Below are positions 10,844-18,486 of a DNA stretch of 64,000 nt, one piece after another. The notes beneath the pieces are model-generated. The model was given only the letters and a program-made list of their open reading frames with translations, ran no database searches and was not told the origin of the DNA. Each line of letters begins with the position of its first letter. Within the stretch, counting starts at the first letter, position 1. Made by a program: the position numbers and the translations under genes. Source of the stretch: Candidatus Limnocylindrales bacterium (GTDB taxonomy: Bacteria; Chloroflexota; Limnocylindria; Limnocylindrales; CSP1-4); contig JBCLCL010000002.1 in assembly GCA_038915815.1 (NCBI GenBank), positions 33,521-97,520 of the forward strand, given 5' to 3'.

Positions 10844-13330
10844 TCAGGTTCGGAGGTGTCCATCCACGTTGGCCGCCAGCCCGCGGGTCACGTCGGCGAT
10901 GGCACCGTCCACCTCGCCCTCGCTCAGGGTCCGGTCGTCGGCCAGGAAGGTCAGGCGGAATGCCAGGCTCTTGTGCCCGTCGGTCAGTGGGCGCCCACGG
11001 TAGATATCGAAGAGGGCCACGGATCGCATGAGCTCCCCGCCATGGTTGCGGATGGCCGCCTCCACAGCCGCAGCCCGCACGGGCTCCGCGACGATCACCG
11101 CCAGATCGCGTTCCACCGCGGGGTGGCGGGACGGCGTGACGCTGCGCGGGATGCTGGGTCGGCCACCGGACAGGCCGGCGATCGCGATCTCGGCGACGAC
11201 GACATCCGTCGTCCGGAGTTCGAGCGTCTCGGCGAGCGCCGGATGCAACGCCCCGACCCGACCGGCGAGCTCAGCCCCGGAGGAGACCCGGGCCGCTCGA
11301 CCAGGGTGGAGCCGCGGGTCGTCGATCAGGGCGACATACGATGGTGCCATCAGGCCGAGCCGCCGCGCCAGCAGGTCGATGATGCCCCTCGCGTCATCGA
11401 CGTCGTAGGGTCGCTCGGCGCGATTCCACGATGGGATCTCGGCGGCGCCGGTCAGCGCGAACCCAAGACGCCACCACTCGTGGGTCGAGTCCCCGTCGGC
11501 TGTCGCACCATAGCCCTTGCCGATCTCGAAGATCGCCACATCGGATCTCCCGTGGCGCAGGTTGGTCGAGACCACTTCGAGGAGACTGCCAAGCAGGCTC
11601 TGACGCATGATCGAGTGCTGGCTCGACAACGGGTTGGTGACGGTCACCGGCCGACCGCCTGCCTCCCCTTCCCCGTGGACCGGCGGGTCGTCGGCTGCCC
11701 CGAACCGCTCCGACATCGCGGGCGAAACGAGCGCGAACGTGACCGCCTCGCTCAACCCGGCGCCGGCGAGCGTCTCGCGCACGACGTCGCGCAGGCGCAG
11801 TGGTGAGTGTCGGTAGGCCGGCATCGAGGTGTGCGGCAGGATGTCCGGGATGACGTCATAGCCGCGGACGCGGGCGACTTCCTCGGCGACGTCGGCTTCG
11901 ATGACCAGGTCGCGCCGCCAGGTCGGGATGGTCGCGACCAGGCTCTCCGCGGCGCCGGGGTCCAGGTCGAGCGGCATCGGCGCTGGAGCGATGGCGATCG
12001 TCGTCCCGGCCGGAGCGACCTCGGTCACCACCCCGACCCGCGCCAGCAGGTCGCGCTGCTCGCTCGTCGGGAGATCGACCCCCAGCAACCGGCTGACCCG
12101 GGCGGGCCGGAAGGCCAGCCGTGTCGGCTGTGGCGGGGTCGGATCGGTGTCGACCGTGCCGGCCGAGACACGGCCTCCCGCCCACTCCGCGATGAGACGC
12201 GCCGCCCTGTCGGCCCCGAGCCTCGCCAGCCGGTGTTCCTGGCCCTTCTCGAAGCGCAGGCTCGCCTCCGATCGAAGGGCATAGCGAAAGGCGGTTCGGC
12301 GGATGCTGACTGGGTCGAAGATGGCCGACTCGACGATCACGTTCGCGGTCGCTGCGCTGATCTCCGAAGTCGCTCCACCGATCACCCCGGCGATCGCCAG
12401 CGGCCCGCTCGAGTCGGCGATGAGCAGGGTCTCGGGTTCCAGCTCGCGAGTGACGTGGTCGAGCGTCTCGAGGCGCTCCCCGGCCCTCGCCAGGCGGACG
12501 ACGATCCGTCCGTCATGGACGGCGTTCGCGTCGAAGGTATGGATCGGTTTGCCGAGCTCGAGCATGACGTAGTTGCTGACGTCCACCACATTGCTGACGG
12601 GCCGCTGCCCGGCGGCGATGAGTCGCATCTGGATCCGCTCCGGTGAGGGCGCCACGCGGACGCCGCTGATCCAGCGGCCAACGAATCGTGGGCAGAGAGT
12701 CGGTTCCTGGACGTCCACCCGGAGACGCCGCTCGACCGGGTCGTCCGACTCGGGTGGATCGGTTTCGGGAAAGCGGAGCGGTGCGCCGGTGAAGGCCGAG
12801 ATCTCGCGTGCGAGCCCGATCATGGCGAGTGCATCCCCGCGATTCGGCTTGACGTCCACGTCGAGGACGGTGTCACCATAGAGTTCGGCCAGCTGCGCCC
12901 CGATCCGTGCCTCGGCGGGCAGGATCAGGATCCCATCCGCGTCGACCGTGAGGCGCAGTTCGTCGCCTGAACAGAGCATCCCGTTGCTGACGACGCCCAT
13001 CTTCTCGGTCCGCTCGATCCTCCGGTTGCCGGGCAGGATGGCGCCTGGCAGGGCGACCGGAACGCGCTGCCCGGCGGCGATATTGGTCGCGCCGCAGACG
13101 ATCTCGAGGGGCTCACCGGAACCGAGATTCACCCGGGTCAGCGACAGTCGGTCCGCCCGCGGATGGCGCTCGACCGACAGCAGCTCGCCGACCACCACGT
13201 TGTCCCAGTCGCGGCCCCACGCTTCGACCGACTTGACTTCCATGCCGAGCAGGGTCAGGCGTTCGGCCAGCTGCTCGGGCGTCAGGTCGATGTCGACGTA
13301 CTCGCGCAACCACGAGAGGGGCGCCTTCAC
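10844..13330 (-). CDS. pheT: phenylalanine--tRNA ligase beta subunit
   Basis: VKAPLSWLREYVDIDLTPEQLAERLTLLGMEV is the canonical PheT N-terminus. tRNA-binding, B3/4, B5 and FDX-ACB-like regions follow. The GTG at 13330 overlaps the pheS stop (GTGA). The 13564 ORF-track start would run through pheS. Confidence 0.92.
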   Translation of the reverse strand: MKAPLSWLREYVDIDLTPEQLAERLTLLGMEVKSVEAWGRDWDNVVVGELLSVERHPRADRLSLTRVNLGSGEPLEIVCGATNIAAGQRVPVALPGAILPGNRRIERTEKMGVVSNGMLCSGDELRLTVDADGILILPAEARIGAQLAELYGDTVLDVDVKPNRGDALAMIGLAREISAFTGAPLRFPETDPPESDDPVERRLRVDVQEPTLCPRFVGRWISGVRVAPSPERIQMRLIAAGQRPVSNVVDVSNYVMLELGKPIHTFDANAVHDGRIVVRLARAGERLETLDHVTRELEPETLLIADSSGPLAIAGVIGGATSEISAATANVIVESAIFDPVSIRRTAFRYALRSEASLRFEKGQEHRLARLGADRAARLIAEWAGGRVSAGTVDTDPTPPQPTRLAFRPARVSRLLGVDLPTSEQRDLLARVGVVTEVAPAGTTIAIAPAPMPLDLDPGAAESLVATIPTWRRDLVIEADVAEEVARVRGYDVIPDILPHTSMPAYRHSPLRLRDVVRETLAGAGLSEAVTFALVSPAMSERFGAADDPPVHGEGEAGGRPVTVTNPLSSQHSIMRQSLLGSLLEVVSTNLRHGRSDVAIFEIGKGYGATADGDSTHEWWRLGFALTGAAEIPSWNRAERPYDVDDARGIIDLLARRLGLMAPSYVALIDDPRLHPGRAARVSSGAELAGRVGALHPALAETLELRTTDVVVAEIAIAGLSGGRPSIPRSVTPSRHPAVERDLAVIVAEPVRAAAVEAAIRNHGGELMRSVALFDIYRGRPLTDGHKSLAFRLTFLADDRTLSEGEVDGAIADVTRGLAANVDGHLRT

Positions 13331-14367
13331 CGGAACTGCTCCAGGAAGCGCAGGTCGTTCTCGAGGAAGAGGCGCAGGTCCGTGATCCCGTGCTTGAGCA
13401 TCTTGATCCGCTCGGGACCCATGCCGAAGGCGAACCCCTGGTAGCGCTCGGGGTCCAGGCCGCCGTACTGGAGCACGACCGGGTGGACCATCCCGGCCCC
13501 CAGGATGGTCATCCAGCCGGTGCGACCGCAGGCCGGGCAGCCCGAGCCGCCGCAGACCAGGCACTCGACGTCGAAGGCCACGGATGGTTCGGTGAAGGGG
13601 TAGTAGCCCGGCCGGAAGCGCGTCCGCTTGTCTGCCCCGAACATCGCCTTGGCGAACTGGCCGAGCAGACCCTTGAGATCGGCCATCGTGGTGCCCTCGT
13701 CGATCATCAGGCCTTCAACCTGGAAGAACTCCGAGGCGTGGCTGGCGTCGATCGACTCGTAACGGAAGCAGCGTCCCGGCAGGAGTGCACGGATCGGTGG
13801 ACGCTCCGTCTGCATGACCCGGATCTGACCGGGCGAGGTATGGGTCCGCAGCAGTTTGCCCTCGACATCGACGTAGAGGGTGTCCCACAGATCCCGGGCC
13901 GGATGATCGGGCGGGATGTTGAGCATCTGGAAGTTGGTCCGGTCGTCTTCGATCTCGGGACTCTCGTAGGTCACGAACCCGAACTGCTCGAAGATCTCGG
14001 CGATCTCGCGCATCGCCTCGATACTCGGATGAAGCGTCCCCCGGCGGATCGGGCGGCCGGGCGTGGTGACGTCCGTCGTCTCCGCGACCAGACGCGCTGC
14101 CAGCTCGCTGCCGCGCACGGCCGCGCCACGCTCGGCCAGGGCGACCTCGATCGCGCCACGCACGGCGTTGGCCACGGAACCCACCAACGGGCGATCGTCG
14201 GGTGGCAGCGTCCCGATCCCGCGCAGCACGCTCGTCAAGCGGCCCTTCCGGCCGAGCATCTCCAGCTCGAGGGAGTCGACCGCCGCGGCGTCTGACGCGC
14301 CCTCGATCGCCGCCAGTGCGTCGGTGCGAAGGGCTTCGAGGTCGCGGGTCAGGTCGGCGAGGTCCAC
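13327..14367 (-). CDS. pheS: phenylalanine--tRNA ligase alpha subunit
   Basis: HPARDLWDTLY, FRYESIDASHASEFFQVEG and GFAFGMGPERIKML are class II PheS motifs. The GTG at 14367 has AAGGA 5 nt upstream. The ORF-track TTG at 14394 has no Shine-Dalgarno sequence. Confidence 0.9.
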   Translation of the reverse strand: MDLADLTRDLEALRTDALAAIEGASDAAAVDSLELEMLGRKGRLTSVLRGIGTLPPDDRPLVGSVANAVRGAIEVALAERGAAVRGSELAARLVAETTDVTTPGRPIRRGTLHPSIEAMREIAEIFEQFGFVTYESPEIEDDRTNFQMLNIPPDHPARDLWDTLYVDVEGKLLRTHTSPGQIRVMQTERPPIRALLPGRCFRYESIDASHASEFFQVEGLMIDEGTTMADLKGLLGQFAKAMFGADKRTRFRPGYYPFTEPSVAFDVECLVCGGSGCPACGRTGWMTILGAGMVHPVVLQYGGLDPERYQGFAFGMGPERIKMLKHGITDLRLFLENDLRFLEQFR

Positions 14368-14408
14368 GTACGTCCTTACGTCCGAGTGGTGCAACCGGGA
14401 ATCACGAA

Positions 14409-14434
14409 CCCTCGACCGTCACCGACGTCGAGGG
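14409..14434 (-). terminator. GC-rich hairpin between rplT and pheS (candidate attenuator or partial terminator)
   Basis: On the minus strand CCCTCGAC-(10 nt)-GTCGAGGG forms an 8-bp perfect stem. It is followed by TTCGTGATTCC. It lies in the ~109-nt rplT-pheS spacer. Confidence 0.3.
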
Positions 14435-14476
14435 CTCGTCGAAGGGTAGCAGGGGCGAAAGCGACCGGGACGGCGG

Positions 14477-14827
14477 TCAGACGCCCTTGGCAAGCTCGGC
14501 GATCCGGCCGAAGGTGGCGGCATCGCGAACGGCGAGGTCGGCCAGGATCTTGCGATCCACCTCGACCTGGGCTTTCTTGAGGCCTGCGATGAACTGCCCG
14601 TAGGTCAGGCCGTTCAGGCGCGCGGCAGCATTGATCCGGACGATCCATAGCTCGCGCATCTTGCGCTTGCGCTGTTTCCGGTCTCGCGTCGCGTAGGCGA
14701 GTGCGTGCAGCAGTGCCTCACGGGCCGGCTTGATCAGGCGCGACTTGGCGCCCTTGCGACCCTCCGAATCCTGGAGAAGGCGCTTGTGACGCTTGTGGGC
14801 CGTGACGCCCCGCTTGACTCGTGACAT
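14477..14827 (-). CDS. rplT: 50S ribosomal protein L20
   Basis: 116 aa. MSRVKRGVTAHKRHKRLL...GYRGRK-type sequence. It sits in the conserved infC-rpmI-rplT order. Confidence 0.95.
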   Translation of the reverse strand: MSRVKRGVTAHKRHKRLLQDSEGRKGAKSRLIKPAREALLHALAYATRDRKQRKRKMRELWIVRINAAARLNGLTYGQFIAGLKKAQVEVDRKILADLAVRDAATFGRIAELAKGV

Positions 14828-14842
14828 GAGGTGAACCTGCTC

Positions 14843-15040
14843 CTAGAGGTACGGCAGCAGGCGACGGACCTGCTTGGCATGCTCGGGCCCGAGGACGGAC
14901 TTCCCGGCGTAGCGGCGTGTCCGGCGGGACGACTTGATCTCGAGGTGGTGGCCGCTCCAGGCGTTGACCCGGACGAATTTGCCGCTGCCGGTCACGCCGA
15001 TCCGCTTCTGGGCCGCTTTGTGGCTCTTGATCTTGGGCAC
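14843..15040 (-). CDS. rpmI: 50S ribosomal protein L35
   Basis: The GTG at 15040 gives (M)PKIKSHKAAQKRIGVTGSGKFVR, the canonical L35 N-terminus. GAGG lies 5 nt upstream. The longer ORF-track start at 15073 overlaps infC. Confidence 0.92.
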   Translation of the reverse strand: MPKIKSHKAAQKRIGVTGSGKFVRVNAWSGHHLEIKSSRRTRRYAGKSVLGPEHAKQVRRLLPYL

Positions 15041-15047
15041 TCTGGCC

Positions 15048-15758
15048 TCACTCTCCCGTTCGAACCGGCACAACTGCCGGTTCCTTGTCGATGGTCGTCC
15101 TGGCTGCAGCCGACGCTGCCGGTTTCGTTGCTGCCCGTGCCCGCTTGGCGGTCGCCGCCCGCACCGCGACCGCTGCCGCCGGTTCTGCGGCCGGTGCCGC
15201 GTCTGCCGGTGTGGCCGGCGTGGCCGCCGGACCGTCGTGACCCTTGGGCTTGTGGATCGACGCCATCGTGATGTGCATCGACTTGCCCTCGAGCAGCGGC
15301 GTTCGTTCTGCCACCCCGTGATCCTTGACCCGGTCCACGAACCTCGCGATGAGATTCCGACCGAGCTCCGGATGGGTCAACTCTCGCCCGCGGAAACGAA
15401 CGGTCACCTTGATCCGATCGCCGTCCTCGAGGAACTCCGTCGCCCGATTCACCTTGGTATCGAAGTCGCCGATGCCGATCTTCGGCGACAGGCGGACCTC
15501 CTTGAACGTCACCGAGCGCTGCTTGCGCTTGGCTTCCTTCTCCCGCTTCGTCAGTTCGTACTTGTACTGGCCGAAATCGAGGAACTTGACGACTGGCGGC
15601 GACGCCATCGGCGCGACCTCGACGAGGTCCAATCCTCGCTCCTGCGCCATCTCGAGCGCCCGCGGCGTGGGCATCACGCCCAGCTGGGCACCTTCTTCAT
15701 CGACCACCCGGACCTGTGGGATCCGGATCATCTGGTTTACGCGCAGGTCTCGGCTGAT
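15048..15758 (-). CDS. infC: translation initiation factor IF-3, probably initiating at a non-canonical ATC
   Basis: IRIPQVRVVDEEGAQLGVM, ALEMAQERGLDLVEV, KFLDFGQYKYE and IKVTVRFRGRE are IF-3 motifs. The first ATG is 15731. In-frame ISRDLRVNQ precedes it, starting at the ATC at 15758, which has AAGGGGA 6 nt upstream. There is a ~60-aa Ala/Pro-rich C-terminal tail. Confidence 0.9.
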   Translation of the reverse strand: MSRDLRVNQMIRIPQVRVVDEEGAQLGVMPTPRALEMAQERGLDLVEVAPMASPPVVKFLDFGQYKYELTKREKEAKRKQRSVTFKEVRLSPKIGIGDFDTKVNRATEFLEDGDRIKVTVRFRGRELTHPELGRNLIARFVDRVKDHGVAERTPLLEGKSMHITMASIHKPKGHDGPAATPATPADAAPAAEPAAAVAVRAATAKRARAATKPAASAAARTTIDKEPAVVPVRTGE

Positions 15759-15863
15759 GGTCTGTCCCCTTCGTTCCTGTCACTCCGTACGACCGGCGCC
15801 GGCGCACGACGACCCCGCACGGCCGAAGCGGGAGGATAGCATAGGCCTTCTGGAGCGACAATC

Positions 15864-15909
15864 GCGCGGCACACGTCCGGCGCGGCACACGTCCGGCGCG
15901 GCACGTGCC
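15864..15909. repeat. 16-bp tandem repeat GCGCGGCACACGTCCG, about 2.9 copies, in the thrS-infC spacer
   Basis: Units 15864-15879 and 15880-15895 are identical. A third unit (15896-15909) lacks 2 nt and creates the palindrome GGCACGTGCC. Confidence 0.9.
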
Positions 15910-15997
15910 TTGGCGCGCTATGACGTCCAGCCGCCGCTCGCCGGCCTCTTGCGTATCCAGTGTCCACTCCCAGTCGCGCCGGGGCAGCCTGGGACCA

Positions 15998-17833
15998 CTA
16001 GCCGACCCGCCGCTCACGCGATTCGGCAGCCAGTCGGTCGGCGAAGGCATCCCATGGTTCGGCCGGCTGCTGCTCCCCCGCGCGGGTCCGGGGTGACGCA
16101 GTCCGCGCCTCGATCTCGCGGTCGCCGAGCACGACCATGTACGGGATCTTCTGACCCTGGGCCAGGCGGATCTTGTTCTGCATCCGGTTGTCCGAGCCGT
16201 CCACCTCGACGCGCAGACCACGTGAGCGCAGGACCTCGGCGAACTCCCCGGCAGCGGGCAGATGACGATCGGCGATCGGGATGACGACCGCCTGGACGGG
16301 CGCCACCCAGAGAGGGAATGCGCCGGCGAAGTGCTCGATCAGGATGCCGATGAACCGTTCGAGCGAGCCGTAGATGGCGCGGTGGATGGCGATCGGACGC
16401 TGGGGCTGGCCCGTCTCGTCGATGTAGGTCAGGTCGAAGCGCTCGGGCAGCATCACCAGGTCCACCTGGATCGTCGCCATCTGCCACTCCCGGCCCAGGG
16501 CGTCGTCGATGTAGATGTCGATCTTCGGGGCGTAGAACGTACCGTCCCTGGGCTTGACCGAGTAGTTCCCGCCGGTCCGATCGAGGGCCTCGCGGATCAA
16601 CGTCTCGGCCCGTTCCCACAGGGCGGGATCGCCGAGCGCCTTGTCCGGCTTGGTGGCGAAGGCGAAGCGAGGCTCCAGGCCGAACCACCCGTACGCCTCA
16701 CGGACCTCGCCGAGCAATGCCTCGATCTCGTCGGCCAGCTGGTCCGGGCGGACGTAGAGGTGGGCGTCGTCCTGGATGAAGTGGCGGGCCCGGGTCAGTC
16801 CGCTGAGCGTGCCCGAGCGCTCGTTGCGATGAAGCCGGCCGTATTCGCTGAGTCGCAACGGCAGTTCCCGGTACGACCGCACCTTCGACCGGTAGATGAA
16901 CGTGCTTTCCGGGCAGTTCATCGGCTTGAGACTGAACGTCTGGCCTTCTGACTCGATCAGGAACATGTGGTCGCGATAGAGCTCCCAATGGCCGGATTCG
17001 CGCCAGAGTCGCTCGCTGACCAGGATCGGCGTGCTGATCTCCTGGTAGCCGCGTCGCTCCTGCAGTTCGCGCATCGCGCTTTCCAGGGTCCGCCACAGCC
17101 GCTGGCCCTTGGGGTGCCAGAAGGCTGAACCGGGACTGACGTCGTGGAAGCTGAACAGGTCCAGTTGGACCCCGAGACGGCGGTGGTCGCGCAGCTTGGC
17201 CTGCTCGCGGCGCCAGAGGTACTGCTCCAGCTCTTCCTGGCCGGACCAGACGGTGCCGTAGACGCGCTGGAGCATCGGTCGCTTCTCATCGCCGCGCCAG
17301 TAGGCCCCTGCGACGGCGAGCAACTTGAACGGGCCGATCCGACCCGTCGAGGCCACGTGCGGCCCCTTGCACAGGTCGACGAAGGCGCCGTGCTCATAGA
17401 CCGACGTCGACGGCATCGGCGTCCCGTCGCGCTTGGACTTCGCCGCCAGATCGTCAAGGATCTCCACCTTGAACGGCTGATCGCGCTCGACGAAAAAGGC
17501 ACGCCCTTCGCCGGGCGCCAGCTCCCGGTGGGCGAACGGGAGGTCCTCGGCAACGCTCTCCGCCATTCGTGCCTCGATCGCGGCCAGATCGTCCGGCGTC
17601 AGCGGCCGGGGCAGCGCAAAGTCGTAGTAAAAGCCATCGGCGATGGCCGGTCCGATGCCCAGCTTCGTCCCGGGAAACAGGTCCAGCACGGCCTCGGCCA
17701 TGACATGCGCCGCCGAGTGGCGCATCGCATCGAGCTCGCTGTGCGCGCCGGCATCGAGCAGCTCGTCGGCGGAGCCTCGATCTGGCGCTTCGAGGCCGAC
17801 GTCCTCCGCCTCGTCGATCCCCTGGTCCGTCAT
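15998..17833 (-). CDS. thrS: threonine--tRNA ligase lacking the N-terminal TGS domain
   Basis: The editing-domain motif MRHSAAHVMAEAV lies near the N-terminus. The class II core is RDHRRLG, FWHPKG, RELPLRLSEYGRLHRNE and QDDAHLY. An anticodon-binding domain follows. The ATG at 17833 is preceded by GGAGG at 5 nt. Confidence 0.92.
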   Translation of the reverse strand: MTDQGIDEAEDVGLEAPDRGSADELLDAGAHSELDAMRHSAAHVMAEAVLDLFPGTKLGIGPAIADGFYYDFALPRPLTPDDLAAIEARMAESVAEDLPFAHRELAPGEGRAFFVERDQPFKVEILDDLAAKSKRDGTPMPSTSVYEHGAFVDLCKGPHVASTGRIGPFKLLAVAGAYWRGDEKRPMLQRVYGTVWSGQEELEQYLWRREQAKLRDHRRLGVQLDLFSFHDVSPGSAFWHPKGQRLWRTLESAMRELQERRGYQEISTPILVSERLWRESGHWELYRDHMFLIESEGQTFSLKPMNCPESTFIYRSKVRSYRELPLRLSEYGRLHRNERSGTLSGLTRARHFIQDDAHLYVRPDQLADEIEALLGEVREAYGWFGLEPRFAFATKPDKALGDPALWERAETLIREALDRTGGNYSVKPRDGTFYAPKIDIYIDDALGREWQMATIQVDLVMLPERFDLTYIDETGQPQRPIAIHRAIYGSLERFIGILIEHFAGAFPLWVAPVQAVVIPIADRHLPAAGEFAEVLRSRGLRVEVDGSDNRMQNKIRLAQGQKIPYMVVLGDREIEARTASPRTRAGEQQPAEPWDAFADRLAAESRERRVG

Positions 17834-17930
17834 GTGCGCCTCCTGGAGAATCAAGACACCCCTCATCCGTCGACAGGACGAGAGGCGATCTCCCGTGGCG
17901 TTCCCGCTCGTTGCTGCTACGGCGATGTGG

Positions 17931-18007
17931 TGGTGGGCGACACTGGACTCGAACCAGTGACCTCTTGCATGTCAAGCAAGTGCTCTAACCAGCTGAGCTA
18001 GCCGCCC
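17931..18007 (-). tRNA. tRNA-Val (anticodon GAC), CCA encoded
   Basis: A hand-folded cloverleaf: GGGCGGC-TA-GCTC-AGCTGGTTA-GAGC-A-CTTGC-TTGACAT-GCAAG-AGGTC-ACTGG-TTCGAGT-CCAGT-GTCGCCC-A-CCA. Confidence 0.93.
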
Positions 18008-18115
18008 GATGTCGCCGGTTCCCCGTTCCGTTGGCCATGGATCCGTTGGCTCGCGAGTGTTCCACATCCGCGCCGAAGCCACGCCCGCGGGATCAAGGAG
18101 CCAGCGGCGAGCGGC

Positions 18116-18144
18116 ATCATACCCCGAGGCGCCCGGAGCGACAA
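18116..18144 (-). promoter_or_regulatory. sigma-70-like promoter candidate upstream of tRNA-Val/thrS
   Basis: The minus strand reads TTGTCG-(17 nt)-TATGAT, about 100 nt upstream of the mature tRNA-Val 5' end. Confidence 0.35.
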
Positions 18145-18202
18145 CGGCGCCCGACGGCGTGGTAGGGACATCCCAACGCCCGTACTGATCGGGCCGGAAT
18201 GA

Positions 18203-18344
18203 GCTGAGCGCCATGCGTCCGCCACGAGCGTGATGCTGGAGCGCATCATCCACGAGACATTTACGCTCGGTGGCCGCCGAGTCTCGACAGGACTCGGCCA
18301 GCGCCACGCTCATCTGTCCCGACATTGATGCTGTCCAGGATCAC
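18203..18344 (-). repeat. conserved intergenic element, copy A (candidate structured ncRNA)
   Basis: It aligns to 42878-43020 (plus strand) with 113 of 142 identities by hand count and one 1-nt indel. The flanks are unrelated. It contains the TGATGC-GCTCCA-GCATCA hairpin and other shared stems. Details are in the findings. Confidence 0.75.
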
Positions 18345-18450
18345 CCGGCTCACCGGGTCGGGCTCAGGGGCCCTGGCCCTCAGCGGCCTCACCCGGCGCG
18401 GACGATCAGATGCTTCCGACGGCACGGGACCGCGGGCGAAGCCGGGCGAA

Positions 18451-18470
18451 GCCGGGCGGATCCGCCCGGC
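18451..18470 (-). terminator. GC-rich palindrome just downstream of the acyltransferase stop
   Basis: GCCGGGCGGATCCGCCCGGC is a perfect 20-bp palindrome lying 17 nt after the stop at 18487. A U-tract is absent (TTCGCCC follows). Confidence 0.4.
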
Positions 18471-18486
18471 GTCGCCCCTGGCCCGG

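Noticed and set aside
17972-18325. The 117-aa ORF here and the 102-aa ORF at 42885-43193 share MSV..AESCR...DDALQH..GGRM. They could be read as a small paralogous protein family.
   Set aside because: The DNA differences are not concentrated at third codon positions. A 1-nt indel shifts the frame between the copies. The first ORF runs into tRNA-Val. The similarity is better explained by a conserved non-coding element.
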